From an uncultured Spirochaetota bacterium (GTDB taxonomy: Bacteria > Spirochaetota > Spirochaetia > SZUA-6 > Fen-1364): a stretch of DNA of 64,000 nt. The DNA lies in assembly GCA_963734545.1 (NCBI GenBank), contig CAVTHO010000008.1, forward strand, positions 480,001 to 544,000. Direction: 5' to 3'. The notes below the pieces were generated by a model that was not told where the DNA came from, ran no database searches, and was given only the letters and a program-made list of their open reading frames with translations. The translations under genes were made by a program, and so were the position numbers. The stretch's first letter is position 1. The number at the start of each line of letters is the position of its first letter. Positions 42,430-53,037 of the stretch are shown one piece after another.

Positions 42430-43371
42430 GTGGATCGTCGGCGAATATTCACGCTTTGCGCGGCAGGCGTCGCGGGGCTCATTGCGATCAACGCCGGGCT
42501 CGCCGTTGCGGTCGCCGCGAGCTCGCGTCACGAGGCTTCCGCCTGGCCCGGCAAATCATTCGCCTTCTGGCGCGAACGGACCTGGAAGCACGTGGAGGGA
42601 AGAATCCGCGGCCTGCCGCCGGGAGCGCGCCTGCGTCACAGCACGATCGGCCGGCTGGGGTATCGGCAGGAATCATTCCCTGTTCACCTTCTTCGGTTTT
42701 CAGCGGCACCCCGGGAGAGGAGACCGCTGCGTGTTCTCCTGGTGGCGGGCGTGCATGGCACGGAGCCGGCGGGAGTCGAGGCGCTTATACGGATCGCCGA
42801 GGAGCTCGCCCGCGATCCGTCCCGGTTCTCGGCGGTGTCCCTGGACATCGTGCCTGTCGTCAATCCCTGGGCCTGGGTCTACGGATACCGCTACAATGGA
42901 GACGGTGAAGACGTGAACAGGGACTTCTCCTCGCGGCGGACGCGGGAAGCCCGGATCATCCGGAAGCTCTATGACGAGAACGGGCCGTATGACCTCCTCC
43001 TCGACCTTCACGAATCGAAAAAGCCCGGATATTTCATCTATCAATACGTATCGGAGGAGGAAGGCCTCGGTGGGCAGTACGTGAAGCTCCTCAGCTCGCT
43101 GGGCAGGCCGCTGGAAAACAACTACCGGGAGGGTGTGTTCAGGACAACGGGAGGAATCCTGCGAATCCCCGCCGCGTCCCTGCTCTGGATTTCCATGGGC
43201 GGCAGGCTGTCCCTCGAGCAATATGCCCGGCTGCACGGAACGCGTCATGCCTACACCGTTGAAACGCCCCTCGCGGACGATTTCGATCAGCGGGTGGAAG
43301 TGCATCGCAGGACCGCGGAAATGTTCATCTCCCGGCTGGCCGGCATTGCTTTTGCTTCCTCCTCCCGTTAG
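42430..43371 (+). CDS. M14-family zinc carboxypeptidase/deacylase
   Basis: GVHGTE, NP, DVNRDF, LDLHES, TVETP; N-terminal hydrophobic anchor. Confidence 0.85.
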   Translation: MDRRRIFTLCAAGVAGLIAINAGLAVAVAASSRHEASAWPGKSFAFWRERTWKHVEGRIRGLPPGARLRHSTIGRLGYRQESFPVHLLRFSAAPRERRPLRVLLVAGVHGTEPAGVEALIRIAEELARDPSRFSAVSLDIVPVVNPWAWVYGYRYNGDGEDVNRDFSSRRTREARIIRKLYDENGPYDLLLDLHESKKPGYFIYQYVSEEEGLGGQYVKLLSSLGRPLENNYREGVFRTTGGILRIPAASLLWISMGGRLSLEQYARLHGTRHAYTVETPLADDFDQRVEVHRRTAEMFISRLAGIAFASSSR

Positions 43372-43393
43372 CTTTTTCGTGGAAGGACACCCC

Positions 43394-44656
43394 ATGAGCG
43401 CCCACACGATACTCCTGATTTTTGTCGTCTTTTTCCTGGCCGAATTCGGCTGGAACACGTTTCTCACTCTCCTCAATCTCGCGCACGTCAAGGGCCATGC
43501 AGCCGTTGTGCCCCCGGCCTTTGCAGGGACCGTGGACGCCGACACGTATGCCCGGTCCGTGTCCTACACCCTCGCGCGCGGCAGGTTCGGGCTCCTGGCC
43601 GGCAGCGTCTCTTCCGCCGTGCTTTTCGCCGCCGTCCTCACCGGGGTGCTGGGCCGCATCGACAATCTGGTCCGCCTGCTCCCTGTTCATTCCTACCTGA
43701 CGGGGATCCTGTTCATCGCGGCGATCTCGCTCCTGTTCTGGCTGCTCGCGCTGCCCTTTTCCCTGTATTCCACTTTCTCGATCGAAGCGCGATTCGGATT
43801 CAACAAGACCACCCCGAGGCTTTTCCTGGTGGATACCCTGAAGGGGTTCGCCGTTTCCGCGGTCATCGGCATCCCCGTGCTGCTCGGACTCTTCTGGTTC
43901 ATGGATCGAACGGGCAGCCTGTGGTGGATCTGGGCGTTCGGCGCAATGACCGTTTTCCAGCTTGTCATGAGCGTGCTCGGCCCGCTCGTTATCGCGCCCC
44001 TCTTCAACAAGTTCACCCCGCTTCCGGACGGTCCGCTGAAGGAGCGGATCCTGGCCCTGGCGCAGAAGCTGGGCTTCCGCACCCGGGGCATCTTCGTGGT
44101 CGACTCCAGCAAGCGCTCCCGGCACTCGAACGCCTACTTCACGGGCCTCGGCCGGGCGAAACGCATCGTTCTCTTCGATACCCTCGTCCAGTCGAGCGGC
44201 GAAGAGGAGATCGTCTCGGTGCTTGCGCATGAAATCGGGCATGAGAAACGCAACCACGTGAAGAAGGGTCTTGCGGTCTCGCTGGCCCTTTCCCTCGTCG
44301 GTTTTTTCCTGCTCAGCCTCCTCCTGCACTGGCTGCCCCTCTACCAGGCGTTCGGTTTCACGCAGCCCGGCTATCACAGCCTGCTCGTCCTCATCGCCTT
44401 CTGCTCGGGCCCCTTCTCGTTCTTTCTGCAGCCTTTGTTCTCCCTGCGCTCGCGCAGATACGAGTACGAGGCGGACAGGTTCGCCGTGCAGGGAATCGGT
44501 TCCGCGGCAGGCATGAAATCAGCCCTTCTGCGGCTGAGCAGGGACAATCTCTCCAATCTCGCTCCTCATCCCCTGTACAGCTTCTTCCACTATTCGCACC
44601 CGACGCTGGCAGAGCGCCTCGCGGCGCTGGATCGGTTCGAGAAAGCCTTGGTATGA
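43394..44656 (+). CDS. M48 (Ste24-type) membrane zinc endopeptidase
   Basis: IAPLFNKFTPL, NAYFTG, LAHEIGH, EYEADRFA, YSHPTL. Confidence 0.93.
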   Translation: MSAHTILLIFVVFFLAEFGWNTFLTLLNLAHVKGHAAVVPPAFAGTVDADTYARSVSYTLARGRFGLLAGSVSSAVLFAAVLTGVLGRIDNLVRLLPVHSYLTGILFIAAISLLFWLLALPFSLYSTFSIEARFGFNKTTPRLFLVDTLKGFAVSAVIGIPVLLGLFWFMDRTGSLWWIWAFGAMTVFQLVMSVLGPLVIAPLFNKFTPLPDGPLKERILALAQKLGFRTRGIFVVDSSKRSRHSNAYFTGLGRAKRIVLFDTLVQSSGEEEIVSVLAHEIGHEKRNHVKKGLAVSLALSLVGFFLLSLLLHWLPLYQAFGFTQPGYHSLLVLIAFCSGPFSFFLQPLFSLRSRRYEYEADRFAVQGIGSAAGMKSALLRLSRDNLSNLAPHPLYSFFHYSHPTLAERLAALDRFEKALV

Positions 44657-46434
44657 AAACCGACGCCGAGAACGTGCTCTGGAACCTCGACGACCTCGTC
44701 TCTCCGCCGTTCGACGAAACCGTCGATGCGGAGCTGGCCGAGGCTGACCGCAGGATGGACGAGTTCGCTGCAAAGTACAGGGGCGCGGTTGCGCGCCTGG
44801 GCGCGTCCCGGATGCGCGGACTCCTCGAGGAATACGAAGCGATCATCGACCTGTCCGGAAGGGTGGAGAGCTTCGCGTCACTCTCCTGGGCTTCGCAGAG
44901 CAACGACCCCGCGCGCGGCGCGCTGCTGCAGAAGGTCAGGGAGCGCCATTCGCAGATGGCCCAGAAGGCCCTGTTCCTGGAGATCGAGTGGGCCAACGCC
45001 CCCGAGGAGGACGCGCAGAAGCTCATCGATGATCCCCTGCTCTCCCGCTGGCGGCACTGGCTGACCATATCCCGGCGCTACAAGCCCCACCTTCTGTCGG
45101 AGCCGGAGGAAAAAATCCTCGCGGAGAAGTCGGTGAACGGCCCGCAGGCATGGACGCGCTATTTCGACGAGACCCTTGCCTCCACGCTCTTCGAGTGGGA
45201 GGGGGAGACGGTCCCGGCGGAGGTCATCCTCCGACAGCTCTACGCGGCGAATCGCGAGGTGAGGCGGCGCGCCGCGGCAACACTGACCCGTGGTCTGCGG
45301 AGCGTTCAGCGCACCACCACCTTCGTCCTGAATACTCTCCTGGCGGAAAAATCATCGGAGGACAGGCTTCGCAGATACTCCACCTGGATTTCCGCCCGTA
45401 ATATGGAAAACCAGGTCGACGACGCGACCGTGGATGCCCTGGTGCGCGCCGTGACCTCGCGGTACGACATCGTGGCGCGTTACTATCATCTGAAGAGGCG
45501 GCTTGCCGGCCTCGACCAGCTTTTCGACTACGACCGCTATGCGCCCCTGGCGGCAGTGGACAGGCGCTTCACCTGGAGTGAGGCGCGGGAGACGGTCCTC
45601 GCCGCCTACGCCCGATTCCATCCCCGCATGGCGGAGATCGCCTCCCTCTTCTTCGAAAAGGGATGGATCGATGCCGCTGTCCGTCCCGGCAAGCGCGGCG
45701 GCGCCTTCAGCAGCGCGACCGTCCCTTCGGTGCATCCCTACATTCTGCTGAACTTTCAAGGCACGACGCAGGATGTCATGACGCTTGCCCATGAGCTGGG
45801 TCACGGCGTGCACCAGTTCCTGGCCCGGGACAGGGGCGTGCTCCTGCAGAACACCCCGCTCACGACAGCGGAGACCGCCTCCGTGTTCGGTGAAACGCTG
45901 GTGTTCCAGGACCTTCTCTCACGGGAGAAGGACCCCGAGGTCGTCCTGTCCATGCTGGTGCGCGAGATAGAATCCTCGTTCGCAACGGTATTCCGCCAGG
46001 TGGCAATGAACAGGTTCGAGGAGGCCGTCCATGCCGCGCGCCGCACGGAAGGCGAGCTTGCAACGGAGCGGATTTCCCTGCTGTGGCGGGAGACCCAGCG
46101 CGCGATGTTCGCCGACAGCGTCACGCTCACCGACGACTACGGCCTCTGGTGGAGCTACGTCACGCACTTCATCCATGTGCCGGGGTACGTATACGCGTAC
46201 GCCTTCGGCGACCTCCTGGTGCGCGCCCTGTACAGCCGGTATCTCACGGAGGGAGGAGAGTTTCCCGCAAAGTATCTGCAGATGCTCAGCGCCGGCGGCT
46301 CCGACTGGCCTGTCGCCATCGTGAAGCCCCTCGGCGTGGACCTGGCCGACCCCGGCTTCTGGGCCCAGGGGCTCAGGCTGTTGGAGGAAATGGTCATTCA
46401 GGCAGAGGAGCTCGCCGGGGCCTCGGGGAGCTGA
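44653..46434 (+). CDS. pepF: M3-family oligoendopeptidase F
   Basis: WNLDDL, GKRGGAF, TLAHELGHGVH, AETASVFGE, YVYAYAFG. Confidence 0.92.
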   Translation: MKTDAENVLWNLDDLVSPPFDETVDAELAEADRRMDEFAAKYRGAVARLGASRMRGLLEEYEAIIDLSGRVESFASLSWASQSNDPARGALLQKVRERHSQMAQKALFLEIEWANAPEEDAQKLIDDPLLSRWRHWLTISRRYKPHLLSEPEEKILAEKSVNGPQAWTRYFDETLASTLFEWEGETVPAEVILRQLYAANREVRRRAAATLTRGLRSVQRTTTFVLNTLLAEKSSEDRLRRYSTWISARNMENQVDDATVDALVRAVTSRYDIVARYYHLKRRLAGLDQLFDYDRYAPLAAVDRRFTWSEARETVLAAYARFHPRMAEIASLFFEKGWIDAAVRPGKRGGAFSSATVPSVHPYILLNFQGTTQDVMTLAHELGHGVHQFLARDRGVLLQNTPLTTAETASVFGETLVFQDLLSREKDPEVVLSMLVREIESSFATVFRQVAMNRFEEAVHAARRTEGELATERISLLWRETQRAMFADSVTLTDDYGLWWSYVTHFIHVPGYVYAYAFGDLLVRALYSRYLTEGGEFPAKYLQMLSAGGSDWPVAIVKPLGVDLADPGFWAQGLRLLEEMVIQAEELAGASGS

Positions 46435-46563
46435 CCGCCGGCCCCGCGACGGATTTTCCCGCGCCATCTTGATTTTCGCCGAAAAACAGGTAGGATAGAG
46501 GGAAAGGGTGCCGACCAGGGCAGGAGCATCTTTCGAGAGATCAAGGGATAAAGGAGCAGCAAT

Positions 46564-46842
46564 ATGGCAAGAAACTATCTGGTGTTCATCTTCGGGCTCG
46601 TCCTCCTTCTCGTGTTCAGCTTCTTCTTCTGCTACGTGGCGATCTATAACGAGAATCTCCCGGCGGGGATTGCCGCCATCGTCGGCTTCGTCGCCTCGCT
46701 CGTCATCGCGATCATCATCGGCAATGCCAGTCGCGACGAAGGCGGCGTCCTGTATATCTGGTTCTTCGTAGTCGCCGGGATCACCGCGATCATCCTGATA
46801 TGGTTCCTGTCACGCGGCGGGGTCGTGCTCAAGATCTGGTAG
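46564..46842 (+). CDS. Small three-TM membrane protein
   Basis: SD AAGGAG; hydrophobic; followed by a terminator. Confidence 0.75.
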   Translation: MARNYLVFIFGLVLLLVFSFFFCYVAIYNENLPAGIAAIVGFVASLVIAIIIGNASRDEGGVLYIWFFVVAGITAIILIWFLSRGGVVLKIW

Positions 46843-46862
46843 GGCGCGTTTACAGAACACTG

Positions 46863-46894
46863 AAGCCCCTGGCCGTCCGGCCAGGGGCTTTTTT
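46863..46894 (+). terminator. Rho-independent terminator between convergent genes
   Basis: AAGCCCCTGGCC-GTCC-GGCCAGGGGCTT-TTTT. Confidence 0.85.
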
Positions 46895-47813
46895 ATGATC
46901 CGGCACCGCTGCCCGAGGAGGCATCCCCTCCCGTGCGGACCCGGCCGAGAGTGTTCACCAGGGCCACTCCCCCCATCGCCAGAACTCCGCCGGCGATGTC
47001 GATGAGCCCCGGAGCCTCCCCCAGCCATACCCATCCGACAAGGAACGCCACGACGGGCACGGCGAACAGGAGACTGGAAGCCCGGGAAGCGGGAAGCCGG
47101 GAAAGCACGATAGCCCAGGTTGCATACGCCAGGGCGGCGGGCCCTATCCCGAGGTATACCACTGCCAGAGTGTCGGCGAGCGAAGCGTTGCGCACCTGGC
47201 CCACAAGCCCGGGAAAAAACGGGAGCAGCATGAGGGTGCCCGCCCATATCGCCCAGGTCGTGATATCGACGGGGCGATAGCGGCCCAGCATGCTCTTCTG
47301 GATGATGTTGTACGCGCTGGCCGACAGGGAAGCGAGCAGGATCAATCCCGCGCCCCAGTTCAGCCCGAATCCAGAGCCCTTCCCGAGACCGATCACCACG
47401 ACGCCGGCAAAGCTCACCCCGATGCCTGCCCATCCCCAGAGCCTGAGCCGTTCCCCGAGGAAGATGATCGCGGCAAGGGCCGTCCAGATTGGGAGGGTCT
47501 GGATAAGCACCGCGGCGGGTCCTGACGGGATTCTCAGCTCCCCGATGTTCAATGCGATGTTGTAGAACGCGAAGCCCAGCAGGCCCAGGAGAAGCACGAG
47601 CGGAACGTCGCGGAGGGCGGGCAGCCTCATTCGAGTGATCAGCGCGTACACCGAGAGCACGGCGGAGGCGGAAAGGAACCGCAGCAGCGCAAGCTGCGCG
47701 GGGGCGTACGAATGAAGACCCGCCCGGATTCCGGCAAAAGCGGAGCCCCAGAAGAGCACAGTTATCAGTGCCGCGCCGGCCACGGACAGGGTGCGGGGAA
47801 TTGCAGGTTTCAT
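46893..47813 (-). CDS. DMT/EamA family transporter
   Basis: LFWGSAF, LRF, LGERL, VYLGIGP, WLGE; 10 TM in two repeats. Confidence 0.92.
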   Translation of the reverse strand: MKPAIPRTLSVAGAALITVLFWGSAFAGIRAGLHSYAPAQLALLRFLSASAVLSVYALITRMRLPALRDVPLVLLLGLLGFAFYNIALNIGELRIPSGPAAVLIQTLPIWTALAAIIFLGERLRLWGWAGIGVSFAGVVVIGLGKGSGFGLNWGAGLILLASLSASAYNIIQKSMLGRYRPVDITTWAIWAGTLMLLPFFPGLVGQVRNASLADTLAVVYLGIGPAALAYATWAIVLSRLPASRASSLLFAVPVVAFLVGWVWLGEAPGLIDIAGGVLAMGGVALVNTLGRVRTGGDASSGSGAGS

Positions 47814-47871
47814 GGGATTTCCTGCCGCATTGTACACAGGACACCTGGCGCGTCAACTGCGGCAGCCGGGC

Positions 47872-48339
47872 TCACACGAGGTCGGCAAACACGGCGGCGG
47901 CGGCACGGCAGACATCGGCAGGCGCCAGGATGACCTGCATGCCGCGGGCGCCCGCATTGACGTAAATCGCCTCGTATGTCGAGGCGATCTCGTCTATCCA
48001 TGTGGGGTATTTCTTCTTCATCCCTATGGGGGAGCAGCCTCCCCGCACGTACCCTGTCAGAGGCGTGAGGTCCTTCAGATTGACCAGCTCAACCTTCCGG
48101 GAGCCGGTCGCCTTCGCCGCTTTTTTCAGATCCAGGGCCGCGGCGCCGGGAATGCAGAAGACATGAACGGCCTGTGTTTCGTCGTGAGCGACGAGCGTCT
48201 TGAACACGATGTCGGGGCTCACACCGAGCTCCCGCGCGACGCTCGGCGCGTCAATGTGCTCATCACCCACGGCATAGGTCGCGACGTCATAGGGGATTCC
48301 CATGGAGTCCAGGATGCGGAGGACATTGGTCTTCTGCAT
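47872..48339 (-). CDS. ybaK: Cys-tRNA(Pro) deacylase
   Basis: KTNVLRIL, VFKTLV, LDLKK, TGYVRGGCSPIG. Confidence 0.93.
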   Translation of the reverse strand: MQKTNVLRILDSMGIPYDVATYAVGDEHIDAPSVARELGVSPDIVFKTLVAHDETQAVHVFCIPGAAALDLKKAAKATGSRKVELVNLKDLTPLTGYVRGGCSPIGMKKKYPTWIDEIASTYEAIYVNAGARGMQVILAPADVCRAAAAVFADLV

Positions 48340-48384
48340 GAAACCCTCCTGACTCGATCACGCCCTATGGAGTATCCTCTTCTC

Positions 48385-48822
48385 ATGGACAGGTCAATCG
48401 ATCGCGACAAGCTTTGCTTCTGCTGCGGGGCCGACAACAAGCGGGGACTCCATCTTGCCATTTCGTATCCCGAGAAGGGAGCCGCGGAAACAAGCCTCCA
48501 GGTGCCGGAGTGGTTCTCCGGGTGGAAGCAGATGACGCATGGCGGGCTTCTCGCCACCCTGCTGGACGAAATCATGGCCCACGCCTGCGTCGGCATATCG
48601 CAGAAGGCGGTCACCGCGGAGATTACTGTCCGTTTCCAGAAGGCCGTGGAAACCGGTTCGCAGATCAGGGCCATGGGAAAAGTCGAGGAAGCGAGAGGCA
48701 GGATCCTCCTTACCCGCGGCTGGATCTACGACGCGGAGGGCACCGTCGCGGCGGAGGCAACGGCACGCTTCATTGCGACAGGCCGTATTTCGCAATCTTC
48801 AGCGCCAGCGTCTTCCTCGTAA
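48385..48822 (+). CDS. PaaI-family (hotdog) thioesterase
   Basis: CFCCGADN.RGL, HGGLLATLLDE. Confidence 0.88.
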   Translation: MDRSIDRDKLCFCCGADNKRGLHLAISYPEKGAAETSLQVPEWFSGWKQMTHGGLLATLLDEIMAHACVGISQKAVTAEITVRFQKAVETGSQIRAMGKVEEARGRILLTRGWIYDAEGTVAAEATARFIATGRISQSSAPASSS

Positions 48823-50158
48823 CGCAAAGCTCGCGCGCCGTCCGGGACTTGTTCCCTCCGTTGCGGGCGAGGCTCTCCGCGATCATGCGCCGCTCGAATT
48901 GCTCGATCACCGTCTCCAGCCCTTCCTTCAAAGGCGTGCCGGGGGGAGCGGAGGGAACGCCGTTCGCCCCGACCGGGACCCGCTCATCCCGCGCGGCCCC
49001 GGGGCGCGCCGGGGACAGGAAGCTCTTCTCCCCCAGGAGCACGATCTGGTTCACCGTGTTCTCCAGCTCGCGGACATTGCCCGGCCAGTCCCACGCCTGC
49101 ATCGCCGCGAGGGTCCCGGGGCTGAGCGGCGCCGGCTCTCGCGTGTAGCGCTCGCCGTACTTGGCCAGGAAATGCGCCACGAGCAGGGGGATGTCCCCCC
49201 TGCGCTCGCGCAGCGGGGTCAGGCGGAGTGACACCACGTTGATGCGGTAGAAGAGGTCCTCGCGGAATCTCCCCTCACGGATCAGGGAACCGAGGTCCTT
49301 GTTCGTCGCGGCGATCACACGGGCGTCCACGCTGATGCGCTTGACCCCCCCCAGCCTCTCGAAGCTGGCCTCCTCGATCACGCGCAGGAGCTTTGCCTGG
49401 GTCTCCAGCGACATGTCGCCGATCTCGTCGAGAAAAAGCGTGCCGCCGTCCGCCAGCTCGAACTTCCCCCTCCTCCGCTCGACCGCGCCGGTGAAAGCGC
49501 CCCGCTCGTGCCCGAACAGCTCGGAGAGCAGGAGGCTTTCGCTCAGCGCCGCGCAGTTGACGGAGATGAACTCGCCGCCCTTGCGCGTTCCCGTGAAGTG
49601 GATGTAGCGCGCAAGCACCTCCTTGCCCGTCCCGCTCTCCCCCGTGATGAGCACGGTGACCGGAGTGTTCTTCACCAGGTCCGCCGTGCCGATAAGGGCC
49701 CGGACCGAGGGATCATTCGTGACGAACTGGTGAGGAGGATAGCGCCGGGTGAGCTCGTCCCGCAGGAAGCGGTTCTCCGTGGCCAGCGCGCGCAGCGCGA
49801 GGCACCTGCGCACCGCGTCCAGCAGCTTGGCATTGTCGATGGGCTTGAGGAAGTAGTCCGCCGCGCCGCCCTTCATCGAGGTGACCGCCGTATCGATGCT
49901 GCCGAAACCGGTGATGACGATCACGATGACGTCCGGTTCCAGGCGCTTCAGCTCCCGCAGGAGGTCGATTCCCGTCTTTCCGTCGCGGAGCCTGATGTCC
50001 ACGACGGCGGCATCAACCGGGTACTTTGCCGCCTCCGCCACGGCAGCCTCGAAATCAGCCACGCTGTGCACGGTGAACCCCTCCCGGCGGAACAGGTTCT
50101 CCAGGCCGTGCCGGATGCCCTCTTCGTCGTCGACGATCAGTATGGATGCGCCCTTCAT
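48770..50158 (-). CDS. Sigma54-dependent NtrC/AtoC-family response regulator
   Basis: REC domain; GESGTGKE, GAFTGA, LFLDEIG, WPGNVREL; Fis HTH. Confidence 0.96.
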   Translation of the reverse strand: MKGASILIVDDEEGIRHGLENLFRREGFTVHSVADFEAAVAEAAKYPVDAAVVDIRLRDGKTGIDLLRELKRLEPDVIVIVITGFGSIDTAVTSMKGGAADYFLKPIDNAKLLDAVRRCLALRALATENRFLRDELTRRYPPHQFVTNDPSVRALIGTADLVKNTPVTVLITGESGTGKEVLARYIHFTGTRKGGEFISVNCAALSESLLLSELFGHERGAFTGAVERRRGKFELADGGTLFLDEIGDMSLETQAKLLRVIEEASFERLGGVKRISVDARVIAATNKDLGSLIREGRFREDLFYRINVVSLRLTPLRERRGDIPLLVAHFLAKYGERYTREPAPLSPGTLAAMQAWDWPGNVRELENTVNQIVLLGEKSFLSPARPGAARDERVPVGANGVPSAPPGTPLKEGLETVIEQFERRMIAESLARNGGNKSRTARELCVTRKTLALKIAKYGLSQ

Positions 50159-52273
50159 GCTGCGCCTCTGGGGTCAAGACAGGGCAGGCTCAGGGAGAAT
50201 CGCGCGCCGCGGCCCTCCCTGCTCTTCACATCGATCGCGCCGGCGTATTTCGTCACGATGCCATAGACCACCGACAGGCCCAGCCCTGTACCGGCGCCGT
50301 TGGCTTTTGTCGTGAAAAACGGGTCGAAGATCCTCGGCACGATTTCCTTGGGTATGCCGCAGCCGCTGTCCGCGACGACCAGGGAGATACGGCCGTTCGC
50401 CATGCGCGTGCTGATGAGGATCCTTCCCGGCCCGCTGATCGCGTGTACGGAGTTCTTCAGCAGGTTGATCACCACCTGCTTCAGCTCGTCGTTGCTCACC
50501 ACCGACAGCGGGAGATCCGGCGCCAGGCGGGTGTCGATGCGGATTCGCCCCTCGCGCGCAATGGAATGGCTCACGAGCCCGATCACATCCCGCACGACCC
50601 CGTTGACGTCGGAACCGGGCGCGTGACCCGAGTCCGCGGAAGCGAAGTTCAGGAGTTCCTGCACGATGCGGCCGATGCGGCGGGTCTCCTGTTCGATCCA
50701 CCGGAGGGAGACCTTGCGTTCGGAGCTCGCCTCGTCGTCGATGAGGTTCTGCACATTGGTGAGGATGGAGCTCAGGGGATTGTTGATCTCGTGGGCCATG
50801 CCGGCGGACAGCATGCTGAGGGTGGAAAGCTTCTCCGCCTGGAGGATCTTCTCCGCAAGCTCGGTCTTCTCGCTGATGTCCTCCGCCATGAACACGCAGC
50901 CCGATGCCTCCTGCAGCTCGCCCTCCGAGCTGTAGAAGGGGTAGAGCCTTATCTCGTACACTCGTCCACTCAGCGAGCGCTTGACCTCGGAGTAGAACTC
51001 CCGCTCCCGCCGGAATATCGAGAATATCTTGTCCGCGATCATTTCATCGATGACGTCGATGTCCAGGTAGGTCAAAGGGGCGCCGATGACCGCGCGCCCC
51101 CACGAGCTGGAAGGACTCGAGGAAGGCGCTGTTGACCTTCTCCACCACGAGGTCCCGATTGACAATGGCGATCCCCGCGCGGATCGAGTTGACGATCTTT
51201 TCGTTGTATTCCTTCAGGAGCAGGGTCTCGTGCAGCGCCTGCTGGATGGCGGCGCGGTTCTGCGCGAGCTCGCGGGCCATCTCGTTGAAGCTGCGGAAGA
51301 GGCGGCCGATCTCGTAGCCGCCGCGGGACCGCACCTGCGTGTCCCAGGCGCCCGTCCTTATCCGCTCCATGCCCGCCAGCAGATCCGCAATCGGGTGGGT
51401 GATGTTGCGCGAGAGGAAGAGGCTCAGCACGAGGGTGAGGAGCGCGCCCGCGAGGGAGACGAGAAGGATGGTCCTGTCGAGCACGAGAAGCCGCGCGTTG
51501 TAGGGCTCATTGGAGATGAAGGTGCCGAGGAACAGCTCGTCCCCTTCCTGCTCGTGGTCGAGCCGGCCGAGTCTCTGGAACGCGGCGTTGTAGATTTCCC
51601 TTCCCATGCGCCGATCGTAGAGTTCTCCGTACGCGCTCTGCATTGCCTTCGGGTCGAAGAAGGCGGGCGCCATGTCCGGGGAGAGCGAGGCCGACAGGAG
51701 GACCTTGTTCTTGCAAAAAGGCGACGAGGGACCTCCGGCTCGAGCGTGAGCTGGACACAGAACTCCGAGTCGATGCGTTTGAGAAGGAACACATCGGTGC
51801 GGCCTCCTCCCCGCGCGGGGAGGCCCGTCACGCCGACGAGACAGAGCGTGCCGCGCACGGAGGCGAGCTCGATGTAGGGATGAGCCCTGTCGTTTGCGAG
51901 AGACTGCAGATCGGACATGACGAGGGTGCCCGGCGATGTCTGCACCATGTCCGAAACAAGACCCGTTCGCGCTCTTGAGCGCCAGCGCGTCGACTTTCGT
52001 CACCAGGAGAAGCTCCTTGAGGGACCGCTCTCTCTCTTCGGTGCCCGGACGCGGCAGCCCGGGATCGTTCGCAATGTCGATGAGGCTCTTCCAGATCTGG
52101 CGCTTCCATGAATTGAAGCCGTCATACAGGACCGATGCCTCCTCTTCCAGCTCCCTCCGGGCGTCGTCCAGGTTCGCCCGGCGGGTGACGTTCGTAATGA
52201 GCAGGATCGTCAGGGCCGACTGGAAAACGATGACGCCGATGAAGAACAGGAGGGTCTTTCTGAAGAGCTTCAT
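50155..52273 (-). CDS. NtrB/AtoS-type sensor histidine kinase, several frameshifts (near 51950, 51720, 51100)
   Basis: TM, HAMP, PAS-like region, [25 protein letters not shown]. Confidence 0.88.
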
Positions 52274-52279
52274 GGGCCC

Positions 52280-53033
52280 CTAGTGCACCACCGTTTCCGC
52301 CCCCACGATCAGGCTCACCACCTCGTCCGCGTTCGTCTGTTTGGTGATGAGCTCGGCAACCTTCTCTCCCCGGCGCATGATGATCATGCGGTCCGCCACC
52401 TGGAAGACATCGTGCATCTGGTGGCTGATCACGATGATGCCGATGCCGTGGCTCTTCAGCAGGTTGATGGTGTCGATGACTTTCCTCTGCTCCGCCACGC
52501 CGAGCGCCGCCGTGGGCTCGTCCATGATCAGGAACTTGGCGTCCCAGTAGATGGAGCGGGAGATCGCCACCGCCTGGCGCTGGCCGCCGGAGAGCGCCCG
52601 AATGCGGTTGCGCAGAGACGGGATGAGGATGTCCAGCTTTTCGAGGATCTTGCGGCTCTCCGACTGCATGTAGGCGTGATCCAGCACATTGAGGAACCCG
52701 AGCGCCTTTTTCATCTTCTCCCGGCCGAGGAAGATGTTGGCCGGCGTGTTGAGGTTCTCCGCAAGGGCGAGGTCCTGGTAGATGGTCTCGATTCCCATCG
52801 CAAGGGCATCCATCGGGGAGTCGATGGACGACCTCCTTGTCCATGAAGAAGATCTTCCCCTCCTCCGCCTTGTAGACGCCCGAGATGACCTTGATGAGCG
52901 TCGATTTTCCCGCGCCGTTGTCCCCCAGCAGACCCACCACCTCCCCGGCGCTCACGCCCATGCTCACGTTGTTCACGGCAACGAGACCCCCGAACCGTTT
53001 CGTGATGTTCTTGACCTCCAGCACGTAATCCAT
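52280..53033 (-). CDS. Sugar ABC transporter ATP-binding protein, frameshift near 52825
   Basis: GDNGAGKS, IYQDLAL, LSGGQRQ, IMDEPT. Confidence 0.92.
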
Positions 53034-53037
53034 GTCG

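Noticed and set aside
48952-48980. Degenerate GTAC-family copy in the NtrC linker
   Set aside because: Only about 20/28 identity with no intact GTAC; not distinguishable from chance in GC-rich DNA
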